From: Candidatus Muiribacteriota bacterium
Lineage (GTDB): Bacteria; Muiribacteriota; Muiribacteriia; Muiribacteriales; Muiribacteriaceae
Reading direction: 5' to 3'
Length of the DNA: 15,473 nucleotides
Assembly: GCA_051747805.1 (NCBI GenBank)
Contig: JBNJGP010000064.1
Coordinates: 1-15,473, forward strand
This document shows positions 8,441 through 15,473 of this stretch, in pieces (position 1 is the first letter of the stretch; every line of letters starts with the position of its first letter). The position numbers and the translations under genes are program-made. A model generated the notes under the pieces. The model did not search any database. It was not told where the DNA came from and saw nothing but the letters and a program-made list of their open reading frames with translations.

Positions 8441-8629
8441 ATGATTAACAAGGAGCTTTTAAAAATACTTGCATGTCCTTTATGCGGGGGTGAACTATGC
8501 TTTATTTCAAAACCCAGGGAAGGGCTTTTCTGCCGTGAATGCGAGAAATTATACTTAATAAAAAACAAAATACCAGTAATGCTTCCTGATGAAAGTATTG
8601 ACTGTAAAGGCGAGGGTAAAAATGTTTGA
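8441..8629 (+). CDS. Trm112/YcaR (UPF0434) family small zinc-binding protein
   Basis: MINKELLKILACPLCGGEL...LFCRECEKLYLIKNKIPVMLPDES matches the family pattern LLxILACPxCKGxL...LxCxxCxxxYPIxDGIPVML; start moved from 8414 to 8441 to fit the family N-terminus and promoter. Confidence 0.9.
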   Translation: MINKELLKILACPLCGGELCFISKPREGLFCRECEKLYLIKNKIPVMLPDESIDCKGEGKNV

Positions 8630-9578
8630 AAATATTGATTTTACTGATTCTATGCAGGCTGATATAAAAGTAGCAGGTATCGGTGGCGGAGGCGGTAATG
8701 TTGTAAATATGATGATTGAGTCCAATCTTACTGGTGTTGATTTTATGGCCTTGAATACGGATGCTCAGGTTCTTGCAAATCATAGATCAAAAGTTAAAGT
8801 TCAGATTGGAGAAAAATTAACAAGAGGGCTGGGAGCAGGAGCAAATCCTGAAACTGGTTATCTCTCAATGAAGCAGGATCTTTCTTCAAGTCAGAGACTT
8901 GTTGAAGATACTGACCTTATTTTTGTTGTTGCCTGTCTGGGAGGCGGAACTGGCTCAGGAGCCATAATACCTTTTGTTGAAATGTGTAAAAAAAATAATA
9001 TTTTAACAGTTGCGGTAGTTACGAGACCATTTGCATTTGAGGGGAAGAGAAGAAAAAAAATTGCAGATGAGTCCTTAAAATATCTTGTGGAAAAAGCTGA
9101 TACAACAGTAGTTTTATCAAATGATAATCTTCTTGGTATGATGAATAGAAATCAATCCCTAAAAGATGCTTTTAAATCTGTAGATACTTATCTTTCTTCG
9201 AATATTAAAAATATAATTGAGATGATAAATAAACCCGGCATAATAAACTTGGATTTTGCAGACGTTACAACAATACTTAAAAACAGCAGACTGGCTGTTT
9301 TAGGAACTGGTAATGCTGAAGGTAAAAACCGGGGGGTTGAGGCTGTTTCAAAAACTATTGAATCCCCGCTTCTTGAGAGAGACATATCAAACGGTTCGCG
9401 GGTTCTTCTTAATATAACAGGACCTGAAGATATAAGTCTTATGGAAGTTAACTCTATTGCAGGAAAAATTGCAGAAAAAGTGAGGGATGATGCCGAGATA
9501 ATATTTGGAGCCGCAGTTGACCCCAGTCTGGGCAAAAAATTAAATATTTCTCTTCTGGTAAGTGGTTTTGAAGAATAA
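8622..9578 (+). CDS. ftsZ: FtsZ-family GTPase lacking the C-terminal linker and conserved C-terminal peptide
   Basis: IKVAGIGGGGGN, NTDAQ, GLGAGANPE, signature GGGTGSG, VTRPFAFEG..R, T7 loop INLDFADV, SPLLE, IIFGA; start MFEN at 8622 (GAGG upstream, 8-nt overlap with Trm112 stop); 318 aa ending LLVSGFEE. Confidence 0.95.
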   Translation: MFENIDFTDSMQADIKVAGIGGGGGNVVNMMIESNLTGVDFMALNTDAQVLANHRSKVKVQIGEKLTRGLGAGANPETGYLSMKQDLSSSQRLVEDTDLIFVVACLGGGTGSGAIIPFVEMCKKNNILTVAVVTRPFAFEGKRRKKIADESLKYLVEKADTTVVLSNDNLLGMMNRNQSLKDAFKSVDTYLSSNIKNIIEMINKPGIINLDFADVTTILKNSRLAVLGTGNAEGKNRGVEAVSKTIESPLLERDISNGSRVLLNITGPEDISLMEVNSIAGKIAEKVRDDAEIIFGAAVDPSLGKKLNISLLVSGFEE

Positions 9579-9595
9579 TCTATTAGGGTATAATT

Positions 9596-10855
9596 ATGAA
9601 AAAAAAGTGTGCAGACTGTGAATATGCTAAATATGATGGCCTCACCCGATTGTATAGAAAAGAATTTTTCAAATATAAATTTTCAAAAATAAAAAGCAAA
9701 GACCAGCCCTATTTTTTCTGTGTCGCAGATATAGATTTCTTTAAAAAAATTAATGATAATTATGGCCATGAAACAGGAGATTTTATATTAAAAAAATTTT
9801 CAGAAAAAATCATTGATAATATTCAAAAGGACGAGTTTGCCGGAAGGTTTGGCGGGGAAGAGTTTGTTTTTCTCCTTAAAGGAAGAACAGAACGCCTGAA
9901 ATCAATTTTTTTAAACATTAAAAATACAATGAAAAATCTTGTTTTTGATGAAATAAATCTTCCTTCAATTAAGTTTTCAATGGGAGCAGTATCTACTTAC
10001 TTGGATTCATTTAAGGCGGATTTTAAAAATGCAGATAGAGCTCTTTATTATGCCAAGCAAACAGGAAGGAATAAATATGTTTTATACAATGATATGATAA
10101 TGGAAAGTCCCGGGCAAAATATTTTTAAAAAACCTGTCGAAAACCACTTTTTTATTGTTATTATAGGGTATAATGGGGCTTCAGAAAAAATATTTGATAA
10201 AGGATATTTATTTATAAATAAAAAATTAGAAAAACTTAAATGGGAAATAAATAAAAATTTGAATGTAATAGAAAACTATATATATAAAAATACATGTTTA
10301 TGCTCAATTATTAACGAAGCTGATGAAGGGTTATTAAGGAAAGTTTTTTCTATTTTTAAAAAAAAGGACCCATCTTTGTATGGAATAATCAACAAATATC
10401 CGGGAGTAACTAAATTAAATTATATATTTAAGGATACATACTTGGCATTCAGGGCGCATGAACTTTTTAAAGAAAATCAGGGAATTGTTTTTTATGGGTT
10501 AAAAACAATAAGAGCTGTCGGAGTACATTTTTATAAAAAAAATGATTTTAAAAAAGGGTATCATTTTTTCAGAATTGCGTATTTCCTGAATAAAACCTCT
10601 GTTAAAGAAATAATAAACTTAACTTCAATAATGATTAAGCTTAAAAAAATAAAACAGGCAATTGTAATTCTTAAGAGAAAAGAGCAATATATTAAAGATG
10701 AAGAGGCTTTTTATATTTCCCTTTCCAACTGTTATCATCAGCTCCGCTTAAAAGAAAAAGTAATAGAAACTCTATTTGCAGGAGTAAAAAAGTTTCCGGA
10801 GTCTAAAGTGTTAAAAAATAATATTACTGAATATAAATCAAAAAATTCTGAATAA
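9596..10855 (+). CDS. Diguanylate cyclase (N-terminal GGEEF domain) with C-terminal TPR-like repeats
   Basis: YDGLTRLY, DIDFFKKINDNYGHETGD, GRFGGEEF, FSMG, ADRALYYAKQTGRN; C-terminal helical repeats (GVHFYKKNDFKKGYHFF; LSNCYHQL...GVKKFPES). Confidence 0.9.
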   Translation: MKKKCADCEYAKYDGLTRLYRKEFFKYKFSKIKSKDQPYFFCVADIDFFKKINDNYGHETGDFILKKFSEKIIDNIQKDEFAGRFGGEEFVFLLKGRTERLKSIFLNIKNTMKNLVFDEINLPSIKFSMGAVSTYLDSFKADFKNADRALYYAKQTGRNKYVLYNDMIMESPGQNIFKKPVENHFFIVIIGYNGASEKIFDKGYLFINKKLEKLKWEINKNLNVIENYIYKNTCLCSIINEADEGLLRKVFSIFKKKDPSLYGIINKYPGVTKLNYIFKDTYLAFRAHELFKENQGIVFYGLKTIRAVGVHFYKKNDFKKGYHFFRIAYFLNKTSVKEIINLTSIMIKLKKIKQAIVILKRKEQYIKDEEAFYISLSNCYHQLRLKEKVIETLFAGVKKFPESKVLKNNITEYKSKNSE

Positions 10856-10870
10856 ATAGCGGGAAACAGA

Positions 10871-12256
10871 ATGTCTCAAAAAAAGATAAAAATAATATTA
10901 TCGCTGGGTTTTTTAGTTATATTAACAAAATTTGCCAATGTTTTTAAACAGTATTATCTGGGAAATTATTTTGTTTTTGACGAAAAGTTGAATTTTTTTT
11001 TCTACCTTTCTGGAATGATGGTTTTTTTTGTGATGTTTGCCGATTCAATACTTCAGGCTGGTTTTATACCGTTTTACTCGAGATTAGAATTTAAAAATAG
11101 AAAATATTTTTCAGGAAGCATTTTAATTCTATTTTTTATTATTTCATTGTTGTACACAATTATTTTAACCGGGTTTAATTTTTTTTCCATTCCAATGGAG
11201 AAAATCATTTTTTTTATTTTATTTTTTAACTGTATTTCTGTATTTTTTAAAATTTTATATGAGGCCCGGGGCAGATTTAAAGAAAATGCTCTTGTTGACT
11301 TTCTGGCTGTTTTAACATTTATAATTCTAATTTATTTTCAGGTTGATATTATATTAAGTTTATTTTTTTCTCAGGCGCTCAGATTTTTTATTAAATTCTG
11401 CAGGAATTTGGATTTCTTTAAAATTAAATTGAAAATCATTTTTAATGGAATTGGTAAATTTTTAAAAGAAACAGGATTTATTTCAGCCGGGGCTTTTTTT
11501 TCACATATAATAATTTTTTTAAACAATAGAATAGCCTTAGAATTTAGTTCTGGACCTGTATTGTTAACTTATGCCTTTATGATACCAGCAGCAGGAAGTG
11601 GTATAATCAGCTCTATATTTTCTGGAACAACACTTAATTTTTTTTCTTCTCAAAGAAACAAATACTTAAAAAATAGTCAGGGACTAATTGGAGACCTTAT
11701 TAAAAACTTTTTTTTCCCTCTGGTTATTATCAGTATATTTGTTGTTTTTTTTTCTAAAGATATAATAGGCTTAATATTCCATAGAGGACAGACTATGAAC
11801 TTTGAGGAAATTCAACGCATTTCAAACTATTTAAAATACAGTATATGGCATCTGCCAATTTTTTTTATAATGATAATATTTATTAGATATTATAATTCTT
11901 ATAATAAGAATAAAGAGCTTGCTTTATATTCATTTTTTACTTTAATATTTAATATATCAATGCTTTTTTTCTTTATTGAATTTTTTTCATTTAAAGTTGA
12001 CGGTATTATTATTGCGAAGGTATTTTCGGATTTGCTTTTTGTTTTTTTTTTAATCGGTGGTAGTTTAAATAAAATAGTTGCTTCTTCAAAGGAGATATTA
12101 TTAAAAATCTGTTATTGTTTTTTATATACAGCTGTTATATATTTTATAGTATTAACGTTAGGAGAAAAGGCATTTTATACAGGGACAATAATCACATTCG
12201 CTGTATTGAGCTTTTATTTAAAAGAATATGTGTGGATTTTTAGGAGTAATAAATAG
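10871..12256 (+). CDS. MurJ/MviN-like MOP-superfamily flippase (divergent)
   Basis: 461 aa, highly hydrophobic with many TM segments; MviN-like motifs FIPFYSR, LLTYAFMI, IIGLIFHRG, RYYNS. Confidence 0.75.
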   Translation: MSQKKIKIILSLGFLVILTKFANVFKQYYLGNYFVFDEKLNFFFYLSGMMVFFVMFADSILQAGFIPFYSRLEFKNRKYFSGSILILFFIISLLYTIILTGFNFFSIPMEKIIFFILFFNCISVFFKILYEARGRFKENALVDFLAVLTFIILIYFQVDIILSLFFSQALRFFIKFCRNLDFFKIKLKIIFNGIGKFLKETGFISAGAFFSHIIIFLNNRIALEFSSGPVLLTYAFMIPAAGSGIISSIFSGTTLNFFSSQRNKYLKNSQGLIGDLIKNFFFPLVIISIFVVFFSKDIIGLIFHRGQTMNFEEIQRISNYLKYSIWHLPIFFIMIIFIRYYNSYNKNKELALYSFFTLIFNISMLFFFIEFFSFKVDGIIIAKVFSDLLFVFFLIGGSLNKIVASSKEILLKICYCFLYTAVIYFIVLTLGEKAFYTGTIITFAVLSFYLKEYVWIFRSNK

Positions 12257-14057
12257 AAAAAATACAAAAAAATATTGCGAAGAGAAGGCTCGTAAAGTTT
12301 CTGAGCTTCTTTCCTCACGAGGACCTGATGAAGAGGGAATTTATATTTCTAAAAAACTTTTTCTTGTTCACAGAAGACTATCAGTAATAGATATAAAAGG
12401 TGGTAAACAACCTTTTTTTTCTGAGGATAAAAAAAAAATACTGCTTTATAATGGTGAAATATATAATTTTCAAAAATTAAAAAAAAGACTGGAAAAAAAT
12501 TATAATCAAAGTTTTCATACCGATTCTGATACAGAAGTTCTCTTTAAGCATTTAATTATGTTCAAAAAAAAAGGACTAAAAGAGCTTGAAGGAATGTTTT
12601 CCTTTGTTTTTATTGACCTTGAAAAAGACAGGGTGCTATGTGCACGGGATTTTGCAGGGCAGAAACCCCTTTTTTACACAAAGGGGAATCAGGGATATAT
12701 TTTTGCCTCTGAAATGAAAGCTTTGTTTGAGTTCAAGAGTCAAAAAATATATAATCAAGGTTTAAAAGATTTTTTTAAGTACGGATATATCCCGGCTCCT
12801 TATACTGCCTATGAGGGCATATATAAACTTGAACCAGGTTTTTTACTCGAACTTGATTTGAAAACAGATAAAATAGTAAAAAAAAGATTTAAAAGTATTG
12901 AAAAAACAGAAAAAAAAGATGATAATATATTAAATTTAAAAAAATTAATAAGAAAAAGTGTAAAACAATGTCTTGTTTCAGACGTCCCGGTAGGAGCATT
13001 TCTTTCAGGCGGAATTGACTCAACTTTAATTGTGAGGGAAATGCGTAAAATTCTAAAGCATAAACAGTTTCATACATTTTCTGTTGGGTTTAGAGAAAAA
13101 AACTATGATGAGAGCGACTACAGTTATAAAGTCGCCCGTAAATACAAAACAATTCATCATCATTTTTATTTTTCCTGTAGAGATTTCTTAAAAAACATTG
13201 ATGAAATGTTATATTTTGATGAACCTTTTGGAGATTCTTCTGCAATGCCTCTTTTTTTTCTTTCTAAATGGACCAAAAAATATGTAAAAGTTGTACTTTC
13301 CGGTGACGGGGCAGATGAAATATTTGGTGGCTATAGAAGATACAGGGCTAATAATTATATAAAACTTATACGGATTCTTCCCGAGATTTTAAGGAAAAAA
13401 ATATTAAATTTTAATAAAAAAAATTCAACTTTTTTCAGACTAATTAAGGCAAGCCTTGATAAAGATTTTTACTCTTCAATAATTTGTATTTTTGATGATT
13501 TTGAAATAAAAAAACTTTTTGCAGAAACAGAACCAAAAAAAAGTATATCAGAAAATCAGACAAATATATTTTCATACTTTATTCAGAATTTTTCCGGCAA
13601 TGTTTCAGAAAAGTTAATGTACTGTGATTTTAACACTTACTTGCCTTTTGATATACTTAAAAAGGTCGATATGATGACAATGAGAAATGGGCTAGAATCC
13701 AGGGCTCCGTTTCTTAACAGTGAAATTATAAATACAGGATTTAATTTTAATTTTAAGCAAAGAGATAACAAAAGGTTTTTAAAAGAAATACTAGAGAAAG
13801 AATTTGGAAAAAAATTTTCAAAGAGAACCAAAAAAGGGTTTGGTGTCCCCTTAAACTCCTGGTTTAGGGGAGAGCTTGGGAAATATTTAAAAAAAGAGAT
13901 GACAAAAAATAGTTTATGGAAAAATTATTTAAATTATAAATATGTAAATTTTTTAATTGATGAGCATAAAAGTAAAAATAAGGATAATTCGTATAAGTTA
14001 TGGCATATACTTGTATTTATTAAATGGGTAAATAGTCTTCAGAGGGAAGGAAAATGA
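12228..14057 (+). CDS. asnB: Asparagine synthase (glutamine-hydrolysing) family amidotransferase, probably glycan-modifying
   Basis: MCG N-terminus (Ntn Cys), RGPD, HRRLSVID..GGKQP, YNGEIYN, SDTEV, LSGGIDS, DEPFGDSS, VVLSGDGADEIFGGY, LESRAPFL, KKGFGVP. Confidence 0.95.
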   Translation: MCGFLGVINRKNTKKYCEEKARKVSELLSSRGPDEEGIYISKKLFLVHRRLSVIDIKGGKQPFFSEDKKKILLYNGEIYNFQKLKKRLEKNYNQSFHTDSDTEVLFKHLIMFKKKGLKELEGMFSFVFIDLEKDRVLCARDFAGQKPLFYTKGNQGYIFASEMKALFEFKSQKIYNQGLKDFFKYGYIPAPYTAYEGIYKLEPGFLLELDLKTDKIVKKRFKSIEKTEKKDDNILNLKKLIRKSVKQCLVSDVPVGAFLSGGIDSTLIVREMRKILKHKQFHTFSVGFREKNYDESDYSYKVARKYKTIHHHFYFSCRDFLKNIDEMLYFDEPFGDSSAMPLFFLSKWTKKYVKVVLSGDGADEIFGGYRRYRANNYIKLIRILPEILRKKILNFNKKNSTFFRLIKASLDKDFYSSIICIFDDFEIKKLFAETEPKKSISENQTNIFSYFIQNFSGNVSEKLMYCDFNTYLPFDILKKVDMMTMRNGLESRAPFLNSEIINTGFNFNFKQRDNKRFLKEILEKEFGKKFSKRTKKGFGVPLNSWFRGELGKYLKKEMTKNSLWKNYLNYKYVNFLIDEHKSKNKDNSYKLWHILVFIKWVNSLQREGK

Positions 14058-15316
14058 AATTTCTAATAATTTTTGTTGATATTATATATTATTTATCAAG
14101 CGGTTATTTTTTAATTTCAACCCTATTTTTTCCGGAGAACATTGAGGCTTTTTATAATATAATTTTATTTTTTATAGGATATAAAGTATTTTTTAACTAT
14201 TTTTTTGACTTATATGAATTCAGCATTCATGAAGATAAGACGTATATATTTTTTAAAGCTTTTCAGGCTTCTGTCGTTTCAACATTAACTGTTGTTTTTA
14301 CTACTTTTTATTTAAGATACTTTGCGTTGCCCAGAAGTTTTATAGGAATAACCGCTTTTTTAGATGTAATTTATCTTTTTATCACAAGAATCTTTTTATG
14401 GAGAAAAAAAATAAAACACACTGGAATAGTAACAGGTTCTATTGACAGATTTAATTTTTTAAAAAAAGAGCTTCGCCTTTATAATAATAACTTGAATATA
14501 TTCCAAATAAAAGATAATTATAAAAATTTAAAAAATAAAATAAAAAACAGAGAAGTGGATCAGATTATTTTGCTTTCAGATGAAAAAAGTAAAGATTTTA
14601 AAGAGGTTGTCAGACTTTTATGGTATGCAAAAATAAATAAAGTGGATTTAATGCTTTATCCTACACTTGCAGATTCTTTTAAGTCGAAAATAATTTTCTC
14701 AGATATAAGCGGGCTACCTTTTATTAATCTTACAAACAGCAGAATTAAATTATGGGAAAAATTATTTAAAAGGTTATTTGATATTTCTATTTCTATTTTT
14801 ATTTTAATTATTCTGTTTTTATTTTTACCTTTTATTGCTTTTGTTATTAAATATGACTCTAGTGGAAGAGTTTTTTATCTTCAGGAAAGAATTGGCAAAA
14901 AAGGAAAAAAATTTAAACTTATCAAATTCAGAACAATGTATGAGGATGCTGAGGAAAAAACTGGGCCAAAACTGGCAGAAAAAAATGACAAAAGAATTAC
15001 AAAAACCGGATATTTTCTTAGAAAATACAAAATAGATGAACTGCCTCAATTTTTCAATGTATTAAAAGGTGATATGAGTATTGTAGGTCCCAGACCAGAA
15101 AGGGAATTTTTTGTTAAAAAAAATTTTATGAAACTACCTGGTTATTTTATAAGAACATCTGTTAAACCTGGAATAACAGGTATGGCTCAGGTTTTTGGTG
15201 GGTATTATACTGAACCTGAAGAAAAGCTGAAATTTGATTTTATTTATATTAACAACTATTCATTTATAGTTGATTTCAGAATAATTATTCTGACTTTTTT
15301 TAACATATTAAGTTGA
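14054..15316 (+). CDS. Polyprenyl glycosylphosphotransferase (WcaJ/WbaP/CpsE-type priming transferase)
   Basis: Four N-terminal TMs, central domain, then KRLFDI, KFRTM, DKRITKTG.FLRKYKIDELPQFFNVLKGDMSIVGPRPE, KPGITGMAQV; ATGA overlap with asnB. Confidence 0.95.
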   Translation: MKFLIIFVDIIYYLSSGYFLISTLFFPENIEAFYNIILFFIGYKVFFNYFFDLYEFSIHEDKTYIFFKAFQASVVSTLTVVFTTFYLRYFALPRSFIGITAFLDVIYLFITRIFLWRKKIKHTGIVTGSIDRFNFLKKELRLYNNNLNIFQIKDNYKNLKNKIKNREVDQIILLSDEKSKDFKEVVRLLWYAKINKVDLMLYPTLADSFKSKIIFSDISGLPFINLTNSRIKLWEKLFKRLFDISISIFILIILFLFLPFIAFVIKYDSSGRVFYLQERIGKKGKKFKLIKFRTMYEDAEEKTGPKLAEKNDKRITKTGYFLRKYKIDELPQFFNVLKGDMSIVGPRPEREFFVKKNFMKLPGYFIRTSVKPGITGMAQVFGGYYTEPEEKLKFDFIYINNYSFIVDFRIIILTFFNILS

Positions 15317-15408
15317 GTAAAATTTTAACCTGTAACTTGAGTTTAGCAAATTTTTTAAAAAGGCTTTTGTGGTAAGGCCGACATAAAAGTAAAAAGCTTT
15401 CAGCTTAG

Positions 15409-15428
15409 TAAAATCACCTAAAGGTGAT
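15409..15428 (-). terminator. Possible intrinsic terminator of a convergent gene entering from the right edge
   Basis: Hairpin ATCACC-TAAA-GGTGAT (15413-15428) followed on the minus strand by a short T run. Confidence 0.35.
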
Positions 15429-15435
15429 AGTAAAG

Positions 15436-15473
15436 TTATCTAACGATAACAGTAAATGGTCTTCGACCAAGTA
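15436..15473 (-). CDS. Possible 3' end of a gene outside the window
   Basis: One minus-strand frame reads ...LGRRPFTVIVR* with TAA at 15438-15436, just ahead of the hairpin; the other two frames are also open from the edge, so the frame is uncertain. Confidence 0.25.
   Translation of the reverse strand, partial: LGRRPFTVIVR

Noticed and set aside
8414..8621. Longest-ORF starts at 8414 (Trm112) and 8589 (FtsZ)
   Set aside because: 8414 lies inside the predicted promoter spacer; 8589 lacks an SD and overlaps Trm112 more deeply. 8441 and 8622 fit family N-termini better.
7034..9535. Minus-strand ORFs 7034-7315, 8502-8783 and 9188-9535
   Set aside because: Shadows of the ABC ATPase, Trm112 and ftsZ genes.
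9579..9598. TATAAT just before the GGDEF start as another leaderless promoter
   Set aside because: Only 1 nt from the ATG, incompatible with transcription start spacing.
12889..15049. ORFs 12889-13077, 13637-13831, 14825-15049 and 14835-15035
   Set aside because: Antisense or alternative-frame ORFs nested in well-supported asnB and sugar transferase genes.
15308..15439. Stop-free minus-strand frame and weak hairpin around 15364-15390
   Set aside because: Frame is closed by TAG at 15442-15440 and has no ATG start; the hairpin is bulged and not recognisable as an ncRNA.
1..15473. CRISPR array, tRNA/rRNA, IS elements, defence systems
   Set aside because: No spaced direct repeats, structural RNA signatures, transposase or nuclease motifs seen; intergenic spaces are too short.

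Overview
AT-rich bacterial chromosomal window, densely coding, with no mobile element, rRNA/tRNA or CRISPR array detected by eye. Left to right: the 5' ~557 codons of a long bifunctional Rel/SpoT gene (minus strand, missing from the ORF track because it runs off the edge); a large lipoprotein with beta-sandwich repeats and a C-terminal beta-propeller; a translationally coupled four-gene minus-strand operon resembling a minor-pilin/pseudopilin set without prepilin cleavage motifs; an orphan ABC ATPase; a degenerate stand-alone DnaB-like ATPase domain; and a six-gene plus-strand run: Trm112/YcaR-like protein, tail-less FtsZ, GGDEF-TPR protein, divergent MurJ-like flippase, AsnB-type amidotransferase and WcaJ/WbaP-type phosphoglycosyl transferase. 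Most notable: (i) an FtsZ ending right after its GTPase core, outside a dcw cluster and linked to c-di-GMP and envelope-glycan genes; (ii) a 14-bp palindrome (TATCAAGCTTGATA) supplying back-to-back -35 boxes for two mirror-image promoters; (iii) four of six operon-first genes with -35/N17/-10/N6-7/ATG geometry, suggesting leaderless mRNAs. All family calls come from motif recognition, not database searches.
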